A DNA stretch of 61,860 nucleotides, the filler included, from Choristocarpus tenellus KU-1152 (lineage: Eukaryota; Protista; Phaeophyceae), in the NCBI GenBank assembly GCA_964200185.2. It is 11 parts of 11 records of this genome, joined end to end, with 100 filler letters (N's around TTAATTAATTAA, not from the genome) between each part and the next. Parts side by side here need not be neighbours in the genome. Positions count along the whole stretch, not along the records: positions 12,182 to 14,682 come from CAXNAD020027289.1; positions 14,783 to 25,134 come from CAXNAD020002976.1; positions 25,235 to 28,880 come from CAXNAD020018760.1; 8 more parts are not named here. One strand, written 5' to 3'. Shown here in pieces: positions 12,581 through 25,925 of this stretch. Made by a program: the position numbers and the translations under genes. The notes under the pieces are model-generated. The model searched no databases and was not told the origin of the DNA. It was given only the letters and a program-made list of their open reading frames with translations. Position 1 is the first letter of the stretch, and each line of letters starts with the position of its first letter.

Positions 12581-14560
12581 GAGTGAAAGTATCTTAGAGG
12601 GTACGAGTTTTGCCCTGTTTGTCCATTTGGGGCTTGGCTTCCCATAGGTTATTTTATGACATTTTGCGGTCAATTGATAAATCCCTACGTGCGATTATCA
12701 TGTGATTCGTGGCGTTGGCGTGAAGGGAAGGCGCGGATGTGACATAATGGGTCAACGATATCTTTTGCGTGTTTAGTGTATGGGTTATCAGGGGGCGGGA
12801 GCGTGCAGACTGATGCAATTGGCAAGCAGGGAGCAAATTGTTGTGGGTGGGGAGAATAATGCATGTAGTATATGTGGTATATATTCCTGCAACAAGCGAT
12901 GAGTATATGATTGATGTTGACACTGAAAAGAAAACAAGAACTTGGAGTTTTGCGCGAGTTTACCTATTGGCAGACTTGTACAAAATAGGCGGCGATAGTT
13001 ATAAGTGTGTACAGACTATCTGTGCAGTCATTTGATAGATGCGTATGTGTTATCTTGATGCTGCGCGTCGTGTTGGCGTGAAGGGAGTGACGGATGTGAC
13101 ATAAGTTCGAACGGTACATATTGAGTGTTTATTGCATAGGTGGGCAAGGGGTGTACGTGTTGGGGTTGTTGTCAGTGGTAAACAGAGGCCGAACTTTGTG
13201 GGTGGGGGGGGTCGTCATGTGGAGTGTGCCTATCTTTGTGACGATTGTCTGTCCGGGACGAACCTCAAGACCTTCGTGGTAACGCCACTCTTTTCTCTAT
13301 TGTCGGATCCCTCAAGGTGTATTGAGTTTTGGTTGCCTTGATTGTATCCACTAGGGATGGGGTTCCTGGTATGCGCACCCCGTTTAGTTCCAGTCTCCTG
13401 GCAGCAGACTTCACCACAGCCCCGACTCCATCAGACAGGGATTTGCCGTGACAGGAGGCGAAGAAGTTGTGTACTTACGGAAATTCCCATCCGCGCTAAA
13501 GACTGAGAAGCCCACCACATCTGCCATCTGTTCTTGAACGGGCTCGCGCAGCCATCCATTGGACCAGATGTGGAGGACCTCTAGGGTCTGTTCGTATTCA
13601 CTGGCTAGAGGTATTAGGTGGTCTTTCACAAACATCTCCACGGTGTTCTGGACGAACTTGTTGTCTTGGCTTCGGTCTTCACTGCACACCATCATGCTGT
13701 GGGCCCAAACCCTTCCCTTCCCAAGATTTCCCTCTTCTCTGAGATCCCTCAACAACCAGACAATGGTCAGAAGCGCCGTAAGGAATACATTGAAGCACTC
13801 TTGTTGTGTCAAGTCTTGGGTGGTTGCGTTGCAGGTGGCCGCTGAAGTCCAAGGACATGGCGACGTGTCCTTTGGGGAGACGGGATTTGCAGTGTTTGTA
13901 TTGTTGCGCCTGCAAAATGGTGCTGTTGTGATCAAGGAAGAAGTTCTTCTCGAAGTTTGCAAATATGACTTTAGGAGTGTAGGGAATCCCTCCGTCCTTG
14001 GGAAACAGCTCCTGTATCGAATGGGCCAGGTGGTGGCGTTTCGAGCATTGTTGCTGGTGATAGGTCGTGGTGATTCAGGCTTTGTTGTGGTGTAATCGAT
14101 TATGTTCGATGCTGTGGGAGGGAGTATCTGTTCGTTGTTTGACGAATACACCGTGTGACACATTCAATGTACACTGTAATTATTATTCAAAGGAAACTGT
14201 CGCTCACCTTTCGCCTCCGCCTGTGCTTGTCCGTAGACCCTGCGGCGTCTTCATCATCGTTCTCCTCGGTCCTGTTCCTCCTGAAGTCGAAAGGGACTCT
14301 CCCACCATGTGCACTTAGCGATAAAATCAAATAGTCGGTCATGAGATTGTCCACCCTCAACTCTGCATATTTTGTCTTGGTCATCTGGATCATGTCATCT
14401 TTGGTAGTCCTGCTGGGAGTGGCGATGCCAAGTCTAGACTAGAGGACAAGTGCCTGTGTGGCAGTGTAGACGGACACATAGAGATTTATCACAGCATGGG
14501 TGTGTTGTCTGGATGTGAACATGGGGATATGGTCGATTGGTAGGGTAGGTTGCGGTATCA
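12581..14560 (-). mobile_element. Decayed Sola2-like DNA transposon: terminal repeat at 12581 plus frameshifted transposase (~13250-14400)
   Basis: Motifs joined across frameshifts: 'QAQQYKHCKSRLPKGHVAMSLDFS', 'QDLTQQECF', 'LHIWS-DGCASPFKNRWQ', 'HNFFASCHGKSLSDGVGAVVK'. This fits the DF..NY / SDG..QFK / HGK..DG pattern of Sola2-type DDD transposases. The TIR begins GAGTGAAAGTATCTTAGAGGGTAC. Confidence 0.72.
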
Positions 14561-14782
14561 TTCCTGGACCAGGTGTGAGGGTGGAACCGGACAGGTTCGT
14601 CTTCCAAATCTAATCAGTTGGCGAGTGTTTGGATAAGATTCAAAGTATCTGGGAGGGGGTGGCGGCTGTCCATTTGGGGTCANNNNNNNNNNNNNNNNNN
14701 NNNNNNNNNNNNNNNNNNNNNNNNNNTTAATTAATTAANNNNNNNNNNNNNNNNNNNNNNNNNNNNNNNNNNNNNNNNNNNN

Positions 14783-15335
14783 GTGAAGTCCATCCTCAAT
14801 GAAAAGCTCCATCCTCAATTTTTGAAATCGGTTGTTTAATAACGATATAGTTTTTATTGGTTTTCCCCCTGGCACATCTGCAAAATGTCAGAGGGCATAA
14901 TAAAAATACCACCCATCTTTTCAACAATAAAAAAAATATTTGGACAAAGTACGTCTTTGGTGATTTTGAAACACGACTTTGTGGAACTATGTATGTCCTT
15001 TCAATTTTCAACCTGGAAGTGATTCAACATATTTAGTTTGATGTAAACTATCTTCTTTTTATTTTCTATATATCTACGTATGAGTGTATATTGTATTTTT
15101 ACAACCCATGGTTAAAAAATCTAAACAGAAGCAATCCCAGTCCAAAGAATATTTCAAAATGTTTCGGTATTTTGTCATCATAGACTGAATATGGATGTAA
15201 AGATAAGTAACTGAAACTGTCCTCGCCCATCATTTCATCCATTTTCACAATAATATTTTAGATATTTTCTATTATATATATTTTTATTTTGCCCTTTGAC
15301 ATTTTGCAGATGTGTCAGGGGGATAACAAATGAAA
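14783..15335. repeat. AT-rich repeat family C; related copies at 24781-25134 (inverted, with 3 x ~62-bp units) and 25235-25303
   Basis: Shared motifs 'GCTCCATCCTCAATTTT(T)GAAA' and 'CCCCCTG(G/A)CACATCTG' occur in both orientations. Confidence 0.7.
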
Positions 15336-16397
15336 ATTGTTAATCATTTTCACTTTAACTTCAAGAATTCAAGTTGGTAGAAGAAGGTCGTGATCTTTCC
15401 CAAATTTTTTAATATGAGGGAACCACTACTTTATGTTCTAGGTATCGAGAATTTTGGGGTTAGTATCAACACACAACACAACTATGTATACACTGATATT
15501 GAATAGTAAATAGAAACATGTAACATTTATCTACAAAATGAAAGAGAACATATTGGTGATATATAAAAAAATATACGTAAGGATCTTATATAATATAGTT
15601 CCTATGATTCTGGATTGGCTTTCACCCGACACATGAAAATGTGAGAGGGTATGTGGGGTTAGGAAAATAAATGACCAAACACTACAAATTTATATTGAAC
15701 AAAATGTCAATAAATAGAACATATTACAAAAACGATAGTAGTGGTTTAAAGTTAATTTGTGGATAGGTAGTTATATGATATCTCTCAATGAAATATTGAA
15801 GCGGATGACTATTGATAACTTAATACTTGTTAAAATGACAGAGGGCATAATAATAGTAATACTTGATAACCGATTCCCTAGACCTAAACAAAAAATTGAA
15901 AATAGTAGAGAAAATCAAATTCAAACACTTTTCGGATTAGATGACTCTATACCCTATTTATATTCTCGGGATTATAATGACCTTCACCGTACTTTCGAAA
16001 TATTTACATTACATCATTACCTGAAACACCTTTTCTTTGAGAGGGTTCGGATTATCAACTATCGGTTTATCAATTTATTACTGTATATTTGCGGGCCCCG
16101 AGATTTCTTACATTGTTCCACAATACCTTCTTTTTTTTTGAGCCGTTGAGTTGCTAGATTATTTGGGACGAACGCTATTGTTCCGCTACCATTAGAAAGA
16201 GGAAAGAGTGATCCCATATCTGCCCTATCCAACCCCCATCCAAAATAGACTAAGCAGTCACCACAGTACGTCTCACACCCTCACAAACTACAGACCATAC
16301 GCTGAACTTTCCTTGGAGAGGTAAGGTGTAGAGGGGGCGTTAGGACTAACGGGTGTGACTCCAGGTGCAACGGAGAGCATCAACCTTCACCTGTGCG

Positions 16398-19300
16398 ATG
16401 AATACCAGCAAGATGGTTAGTATGGCGGCCACCGTCACCACACTAGCAAGTGTGTACGGGGCGGTTGGTGCGTCGTCTGCAACTGAACACGTTAGTGTCG
16501 GAGAGGAGAGCCGGTGAGGACTTTCGCCCGTTTCGTTGGAGTGCTTCATTGCTACTGTGCTTTATTGTGATGGTTCCGAGTGTGATGGGCTCCGAGAGTT
16601 GTGTTTGACCTATCGTCGTTATCTTCACGCAGTTTTCCCCACCATTTGATCACCTTGTGGAATGACTACAATCAAACTTAAGAGTGATCTTGAGCCCTCC
16701 ATGATCAGTGAGCGAACGCATATGGTTCAGAGAGAGAGCGAAATCACGTAAGGTTGACCTCTCGTGTTGCTAGGGTTCGTGTTTGGCAGATGGTATCGAC
16801 TCACTTCAGGTCATTGGCCGTACCCTTTTGTCGCATGGTGTTGACCTTTAGCTAAGGCTTCATAACAAGTTCAATATCCCCAACCTCATTTGCTAGGTTA
16901 CCCGATAAATCACATTTGTCGTCTTCGACATCACTTGCTCCCACCCCGATTTCCCTGATGCCTCTACAGTAACCTTCAGGCAGAGACTTTTTTCGCAGCC
17001 GCAGTTGGGGACCAAATAGCTGGGACTGATTTCCAGGTACGGTGGAACTACAACAATGGCACTGGTGGGACTTACAACAAGTTCTTCTTCAATCTCTTCG
17101 AGGGAGATGATTGTGGTTACACGAGCGGGGCTTCCCGCGTAGCTACTCTGTGCAGGGAACACGCTACTGGCGGGTGCGAGGGGGACGAAAACCAGGAGTA
17201 CAATGCTACTCTCCCATCAACTCTTTCAGCTGGAACATGTGAGTTTGAAGAACTTACCTCTTTGAGTGTGGAACTCCCACTGACAAACCCGAAGATCAGT
17301 CGAAAAGTGTCAGTACATCCTAATACCTTTTCTCTGATTCCATTCACACAGTCTGAAAGGATAAAAACGTAACCTAACCTTGTCCTTTTCGTTTCACATC
17401 TCGTCACAGACACTATTAAAGAAGGTGTGTTTGATGACACATCTGTCCGTGACTGCAGTTCTCCTTTTAACATCTCTGAGTATGGAACTGGAACAATGAT
17501 TCCGAGCAACGCTGGAACATCTGGATGTGACCCCACGATACCCATTGACGTGCGGTTCTCTTCGACTACCAATCGCATATGTGAGTCTTCAGTTTGACGG
17601 CCCAAATAGTTTCTCGTTTATATTCCGACTCCTTCCACTTGAGGTACATTTTTCAGTCGAATTCAAGCGCACATACGTATTGAAGATAACGCGGGGTACC
17701 ACGATCGAGACTTGACCTTCTCTCCATTCCTGTTCCTCTTCAGACTTTGAGCATACTCTTGGCACAACCACGGGTGGATGCGCGACGTTAGGCATGCTCT
17801 ACGAAACTCGCACGACATCCGCTGGTATTCCTGAGGGCCCCATCTATGTCATGGATGAGAATGATAACATCATCATGGAGCCTACCACTCCCACTGGGCG
17901 TTGGTACATCAACGCTGACCTATACGTCACGGACGGGATCACCTTTGAGGTGCTCGGGTTGTGATTGCTGTGTGGTTTAATTTCAGGCCCTATATTGTTA
18001 GTCTTGACGGTTCGAAAAATCTCTGCAGACTTCTGACTTCCTACATTTCTCGTACTAATTTATAGGCTATCGGCTTGGCACAAGGCGGGGATGCTGACAC
18101 ACTGAGAGTCGAGTCCACTTCAGATAGATTCTGGAACATTCGTGGTCATGGTGGAAGCCTGTACTTTGAGGGAACAACTGTAAGTTCTAAGTAATATTGG
18201 AAGTTTCATCTCATGATGTACTTTCAAATCAATGTCAACTAACAGGTGTAAACCTTGTGATGCCACCAGGTGACATCATGGGACCCATCTGCAGGGGGAC
18301 CCCAGGAGAACTACGATTCCGGGCGCTCCTACATTAGCTGTATCAGTGAGCTAACCGGTTATGATTCTGGTTGCGACCTTGGCTTTGCTAAGGCGGACAT
18401 GGGCGAATGCCGAATGGTAGGTTGGTTCAGGAATGCTGGAATCGAATAGAGGAATGGATTATGTAAATGTAGGACTCAAGACGTAACGCTTACCTTAATT
18501 CTGATTCTGAGTGCCCCTCTACTGTTCATATGGAGCAGGACATTCTGGACTCTGAAATGGGATACTTGGGATGGTTCGACTCGGAATCTTACGGGCTGAC
18601 CTGGAAGGTGCGAATATTCAGTGTCACAGTCTCAGACCTATTGAGTCTATAATTTGATGCATGAAGACATAAGGTGACTTGATAATATCTGGTATGATCA
18701 GATCAATGCTTTCTCTGATGCCTTTCGGTGTCCTCACATTTCCCCCACACCAATCGATCTACACGTTCAGGTTCGTGGGTTCTGTGTTGACGAGAGCAAC
18801 CCTGAAGTTTTCGAAAATGTAAACGTCTACGGTGACATCATGAGGTCCGACATCCACCACATGTGTGAGTATATAGGTTTGGGAAGGAAGCATTCCATTT
18901 TTTATCATGTTGATATGCCATGGTTTTCAGCAATGAATTAACTCCATGTAACTCAACGCTTTTGCTTCACCGTCATACGTCACCTGCAGACTACGGCATG
19001 TACTCTTACGGACACCAGGAGGGTGTGTGGATCAACAACCTCATGCATGGTGAGATCGAGATTTCAATACAAATGTAGTATATGGGACGTGTCCTTCCAA
19101 CAAGCACAATGTTTATGAAACTAGTTCTGATTCTAATTTTTCCAATATTTTACTGTTTTGGTGACTACTTGTGCAGACAATGTGCAGTACGGATTCGACC
19201 CCCATGACGACAGCGATTTCCTCACTATCTCCGACAATGAGGTCTACAACAATGGCAACCATGGTATCATTGCCTCCAAGCGTTGCAATGATGTTAGCAT

Positions 19301-20174
19301 CACCAACAACTATGTACACGATGGCACTGGACTTATTGCTGCTGGCATCTTCCTCCACCGTAGCAGTGATAATGCTGTTGTTACTGGTGAGTCATCTTCC
19401 GTAAAATTTAGAGTTTGGATAAAAATACTTGAGATTCGGTTATGATTTTAAATGTCTCGCAAATTTGTCTAATTTTAGCTTCTCTTCTGACAGGAAATGT
19501 TGTGGAGAAAATGCCCGACGCTGGCATTGCTATTATGGAGAGCTTTGGTCTGAAGGTGTACGATAACAGCTTCACAGATGTGAAGTACGGTATTCGCATC
19601 AGTGTGGGTGGTGCTGAGAACGAGATCTACGATAACGTTTTCGACACTTGTTCTGACTGTGAGTGGAATTGGGTGAAATGTTTTTATTTTAGTATTCTGA
19701 GTAGGTAGGGAACAAATGGGCATGGGCAACACAGAAACTGATCTCTTTGTTGCTTGTTGGGAAACGCAGATGGTTTGTACACCTATCAAGGATCTGACCT
19801 TCCTTTTACGGACAGCGATGGCAGACCGAAGAACAATATCTTTATGAACAACAAGGTGCTGAACACTGTCCAGGGCATCAAGCTGGGACAGGCAGATGAC
19901 ACGATCTTTGAAGGTAGGTTTCTCCATAACTTTTGTGTTAAATCTCTGGAACCATCCCACTACAGGCCTTAGCAAGAATTCTAAAATTGTTTTTTTTCTT
20001 TCTACAGGTAATGAGTTCTCTGCTGAGACGACGTTGTTCGAGTTCCAGGACTCGTATGAAACACTCTTCATCGACAATATCTACGAGGCAGGGGTGGAGT
20101 TTGACACTTCCAGCACCGACTACCAATCCTGCTTTGCTGCTGGTTCTCAGGCTGGTGCAGAGCCTGTTTGCTGA
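16398..20174 (+). CDS. Mannuronan C5-epimerase (alginate modifying), secreted, ~664 aa, 14 exons
   Basis: Exons 16398-16513, 16685-16747 (less certain), 16970-17238, 17410-17580, 17744-17949, 18066-18179, 18270-18416, 18539-18607, 18771-18864, 18990-19049, 19177-19386, 19494-19658, 19770-19913, 20008-20174. All are GT-AG, phase-consistent, total 1995 nt. Catalytic motif YGFDPHDD plus HGIIASKRC, GRSYISC and SYGLTWKVRG. Signal-peptide-like N-terminus. Confidence 0.95.
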
Positions 20175-23100
20175 GGGAGTAGAGGTAGACAGGGTAATGG
20201 GGTTGTGGGGAAGTTTCTTTAACCCTCTTTAGAAACTGACAATGAACAGTTTAACCAACGAAAGCTGCACTGTCTTTTTATGTAGTTATTTTCTGCGCGG
20301 GTTTTCGTGCAGATGATCCTTCCCACGTACTATTTTGTATTTGAAAAGGATACGTTGCGTTTGTGATTCTGTGAAGGGCTGAACGACTTGACGTTTGGGA
20401 CCGATTTTGTTGTCTGTTTGTTCTTACAGTGACTATGGTATGTTGTAGTGACTCAGGTCAGTAGTGAGTTTTGCCCCTATCATTTGCACCCACTCCCACT
20501 CCTGTTGTAGACATGGACGTGTACGGTTCAATATCAATTCATCCCACCACTTTGCAGTATTTCCTCTCCACTCAAATGAGCTCTTGTAATCACAGCTATG
20601 GATTTCCAGCTGTAGGTATTTGTACAATAGTGACAAGTGTATTTGAGGTTCATGTAAGTTTTCTGTGGGATGTTGGCTCCTTTTCTAGTTGTGTCGTATA
20701 ATGGTTGCGGTCCGAAATAGAGATCCACCTTTCCTAGTCCATCTGTGGAAGAATCTGGAGAACCTGGCATGCTCTTGTTAACATGTCACTCTTTCTGGTG
20801 GTAGTATTTGTTTCTACATGTAAAAATATAAGTCGAAGAGTCTTTTAGTTATCTTCGTTTTGAATTGTCGTGAAGATAACGCTTTGCGAGGGCCTTTGTT
20901 CTTTTGTCAATGAGGTGGCTTCAAAGGAGAGAAAGCAAGATGGAAATAATTGATATATATAATATATATAATATACATTATACCAGTATTGATCATCTTA
21001 ATATCAAGGAAGTGGGTATGATGGCAAATTCCCCTCCATACGTTCGCTAGTTATTCACATTCGACTACACAAATGAATCACACTGTCCAAGCTTGTGTTG
21101 AGTAAACACTTCCATGGTGGAAAGGGAGGACATCAACCGTTCGCAAACAAGAGGTGCACTGTGTTTGAAATGTTATACCAAGGTTTGCAGATGGTTCCAT
21201 GATGTCAAATGTTGCTCTTGAAGTGTTTTCTCCAAGCTGCAATCTATCTACCTCTACTCAACATTCTTGTACTTGTTGACAAAAGTACAAGGATATCTGT
21301 TTCAATAATATCATATCAAACCCTCACTATTCAAGGATGAAAACTTTCTGTAACAGCTGAACCCCGATTTTTATGACAACGATCTTTGTGTACAGTATCA
21401 GGCTTTTTTTTTTTGCCCGTAAATGGGATCGATCGAATAGAGATGATATGTTGTGGGATATGCAGGATTTCGTAATTTTGTGCCTGTAGTTGTGATCAAT
21501 TCAATGTAACTTTCTAAATTTTGTACATGTGAAGATAAATCAGATCCATAGTTGTATCTGTGGTGTATTATTATTCCCTCTCAAATTTTACAGATGGATG
21601 TGTTGGGGGCGAAACTCGTGAGTGTGAAAAACCCTAATCCATTGTTATTTCACGTTGTATTCCTGCCCGCCTGTGTCTCCAATCTACCTATACCTGTGCC
21701 CTGGGAGAGGAACTAGGGAGGCATCCCAAGAATCCAATAAACCCCTCCCCGTCACCATCTCCCTGGTGATTCCAGCTTGAAATGAATGACACGTCTAGAG
21801 AGTGCCACTTGCGTGGTTACTGAAACAATTTGGCGTAGTTGGGATTTAACTATTCCTTTCCTGATATAACCTCCAGTTTCTCTCCCCCCTATCATGTCAG
21901 TAGCCATCTATTGTGTAGCATACGTATGAGAGAGACTTTCAATCACTGTATCTATCGTTATAGTCACAAGGTATTTTTGAAGACTGAGGCGATCTGCACG
22001 TTGCCTGAAAACGGTTTAAATTTTGAGCTGATCCAGTTTCAAATAGATTATTTTTCTTTTGCACCTGTTTGTCATTCTTCAATCGCCAATATTGCAGAAT
22101 GCCCGCTTCATATATTTTGTGTCGTACAGATAGGGTGAATATTGTCGGATATCAGTTTGCCAAATATGGTGATTCCTACCAACAGTACTAGACAGATGAG
22201 TACACACAGAGAATAAGAAAACTACACAATTGACTACTATGACATCCTATTGTCACCAACTAACTGAAAATGTGGCACAAGGTGTAACCAAGACTAGTAT
22301 AATAATCTGAGGAATAGAATATCGAGTCAAACCGAGAGTAAGGTCGGGTTGCATTTTAAGGATCCTGGCAAAGGGTAATTATATGGTTTTGTGCAGTTCC
22401 AGAGCCTTTGTGGAACTGTATTGTTCCTTCGAGTTGGATTTCAAGGATGGTAACAATTATGTCCAAAATTGGCCTTTTTATGAATATGTGGAAAATATTT
22501 TCTGAATTGCGTCGGAAAAGTCTCAAACCATCGAGAAAGAAATGAACGCTCTCAAATTGAACTTCATACTTAATCCGTAGAAATACAGGTGAATTGCAAC
22601 CGATTAAAAACAGACTTGAAACACAAACCACCAAAACCCAGATATATTTCGTTTTTCTCTGGCTCAAAGTGGAATTTAGGATGTATTGGAACTAATTTTC
22701 ACTCTTCTTGCATTTACCTTTGGGGAATATAGTTCCTTACGACCTTCGTCAAGCCATACTTGTACCAGTTTACTAGTGGTTTCGACGGTTAAAAGAGGTT
22801 TGCTACACACTTCCATCATCTCTCCTTCGTAACAACTTTACTGAAGATGAGGATCCCCCTGGTTTACACATCGGGTTAACAAATGATTAGGGCGTCGAAT
22901 GTTGGGCTTCTGGAGTGTGGTTCCCCGCTTTTCTGCAATCATCCTCTATATATTCTAACCACTAGCAACTAGGTGAGAGGAGATAAGCCCAGTTCAGTGA
23001 GTCTGCATCAACAGCACATGCAGACTACCCAACAACTTCGTCAACACAATATAGCTTTATTCGATCACATGGTCCAACCACAACTTCCACCTGATTTCCC

Positions 23101-23499
23101 TCACATCCAACCCTGTATACCCAATCAACTACTCGATATAACACCATGTAGGTACTACATGGGGGGTGCGTTCCTCAACCAATGTATAAATTGAACTTGC
23201 CATCGATACCTGGTTCAAAACAAAAACACTGACCCTTCAACTTCAACAATTACTATCCCCTCCACCCTAATACTTCATCGACTTTCTTTGTGCTGTCTGG
23301 TTTGTGTTGATGTCGGATTTTGTTGTGACACTTTTATAGATGACGTACCTAAGTTCCATGTGGGATGTGGGCCAACCATCTCTACTTTTGTTTGATCTTT
23401 ATAGGTCCACTGGGAGATTGTTCCATATGAACCAACATTTTCACTAGTATGCCTCCAGCCTAGACCTCAAAGAAAGGTGGGCGAGGAGGGAGGGAAAAA

Positions 23500-24030
23500 C
23501 CCCAAGAACCTGGAACTCCTGGCATTTCCAGCTCGAATGCATGACTCACCTCGAGATAGATACCAGATACAGATATAGATACTACCTGTCTCAAACGAAT
23601 TCTTGCAACCTCTTTCGTGTTGCATCCCCCAGCCCCTCTCCCCCTTTCCACATGGGTCACCAACTCATCAAGGAAGCTCTCTGCTTGCTTACCGAGGTGC
23701 CCCAAACAATCTACGACAAAGGTATTGAGATTAAAACAATGCGGAGGATCAAGAGATCCCTCATAGCAGGTCTGTATTCGTCACACCTCGACTCCTACAA
23801 CAGCAACACCATTGCTATTGGATTAGTTGGCCAGGTGTTAACCTGCTTGGACCTCAGCAAAAGTGACTCAATAAATAGTGGGTCTTTGTTGTGCTTGGGT
23901 TCCCCATCATGGAACACCTCACCCATTACCCGGAAGTTCTTTTCCATCATGAACAGGGTGCCATACTCCTGTGTACAACAGATGCCCATTCCCCTGCAGA
24001 TTTGATCTTATCTATCCCTAGCCGTTTCGC
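23500..24030 (-). mobile_element. Non-LTR retrotransposon C-terminal (restriction-like endonuclease region) remnant
   Basis: 'FNLNTFVVDCLGHLGKQAESFLDELVTH...RIRLRQVVS' resembles the F.P...E..G..G..A..FL..L tail of CRE-like elements. Decayed. Confidence 0.45.
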
Positions 24031-25749
24031 TGCATAATTGCTTGCTTTTAGGAATGCGGCAATAGAAGTATTTCGGTTTAGTCAGTGGTATGTGTGCCAA
24101 GAAACTTGTTGAGGTTATCTATTATATTATGTCATCTGACTTTTACAGACATGTTAGGGGAGAGAATACATAAAACCAAAACAGCACAAGAACTTTGGAT
24201 GCAATTCTTATCGTTGGTAGGAAGGATACTTCCTCCTTGAAAATATGTATTACTTGAAAGATCGTTCTCCACAACAAGTAGCCTAGCCCCACGAAGTTGG
24301 GGCGAGGCGGTAGGGAAGAAACTCGAAACCAAGAATCTGTCAGACCCCTCTCTTTGCCCTCGCCTACCCGATGTTTAGTGGTTGAAACACGTGAGACGCC
24401 TTGAACGAGGTACAAGTGCAGTGATGGAGGCTGTATATCTCAAACAACTCTTGTCAACCCCTATGTTGAGGTTACACATATTTCGACACCAAATAAAAAG
24501 TTAATGTAGTTTTTGTTTTTGTTTCCCCTCCTAACCACATCTGTAAAATGTTGGAGAAAACAATATACTTTGAACAATAATAAATAATGTGAACACATCA
24601 ATAACTTCCCATGTTCAACGTAAATGCATAATATATATCGTTTCACTCCCAATTTCCAAAGAAAGCGGGAAATTTCCAACTCTATCCTCCCTGATATCCC
24701 AAAAGAACTTTAGTATAACCGTTGGTTCTTGTGAGTTGTCGTTTTTTCTGAAACAATCTTCGTGAATTTCATTCAATATATATTATTATGGGCCCTGACA
24801 CTATTCAGATGTGTCAGGGGGGAAAGAAATGAAAACTATATTTTATTATTATGGGCTATGACATTTTCCAGATGTGTCAGGGGGAAAAGAAATAAAATAT
24901 ACATATTTTATTATTATGGGCTCTAACATTTTTCAGATGTGTCAAGGGGGAAAAGAAATGAAAACTATATATCAGTATAAGCCCTAACGAAATAAAATCA
25001 CATATCACCACTGCATAACGTTTGAGAAATAAATATTGTCGGAAAGTTAAAGATTTTCATATAACGTCATTTAACAGAGGATTTTCAAAATTGGGGATGG
25101 AGCGGGACTACGAGGATGGTTGTTTTGCGAAAACNNNNNNNNNNNNNNNNNNNNNNNNNNNNNNNNNNNNNNNNNNNNTTAATTAATTAANNNNNNNNNN
25201 NNNNNNNNNNNNNNNNNNNNNNNNNNNNNNNNNNGTTTTCGCAGAACAACCATCCTCATAGCCCCGCTCCATCCTCAATTTTGAAAATCCTCTGTTAAAT
25301 GGGACAGTACGAGTGTACATAGTTCTTGCCACGTGATAGTCAGCTGATCGAAACCAGAATTACATGGAAAGAAGTTTGGCATCAAATGGAATTTGAATCC
25401 ACAAGATCAACACAAAGAACAACAGCCTCCTTATCCACCCACCCAGGAGGGTGCTCAACAGATGGGATACACACCTAGTGTCGAAGTTTAATGTATGTGT
25501 GTCAAGATAGAGATGCAGGTAAGACAAGGGAAAAACACTGCAAAATTTGGGACTGGGGCCAGGAGCTTCCAGAAAGATAGAAAAAAACACAAGAGGATAT
25601 GTGAGGTGATTTGTGATCCGTGTGTACGTGGATGTCTCACGTCCACACTTGTGTAACACATAAGTGGTCGTGGTCTGGATATGCCAGAGAAAAGTTGAAC
25701 TCATGGGGGGCCATTGTTTGGACATGCAAGGAAAAATGTTTGACTGGCT

Positions 25750-25925
25750 AGCCAGTGGACATGGACTGGTACAATACCGTGTGGACATGACATGGACCAG
25801 GACCTGTTTAATAACTGTGGGACCGGTCCGGACATGGACTGGGATATGTTACGTAACTGTGGGACTAGTCCGGACATAGACATGGACCGGTTCAATACCT
25901 GGAGGCCATGGACCGGGAAATGTTA
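25750..25925. repeat. Imperfect ~42-bp minisatellite
   Basis: Recurring 'GGACATGGAC...TAACTGTGGGAC..GTCCGGACAT'. Confidence 0.7.

Noticed and set aside
25063-25303. Hairpin spanning the gap
   Set aside because: The arms are on different contigs, and both simply break at the same repeat position.
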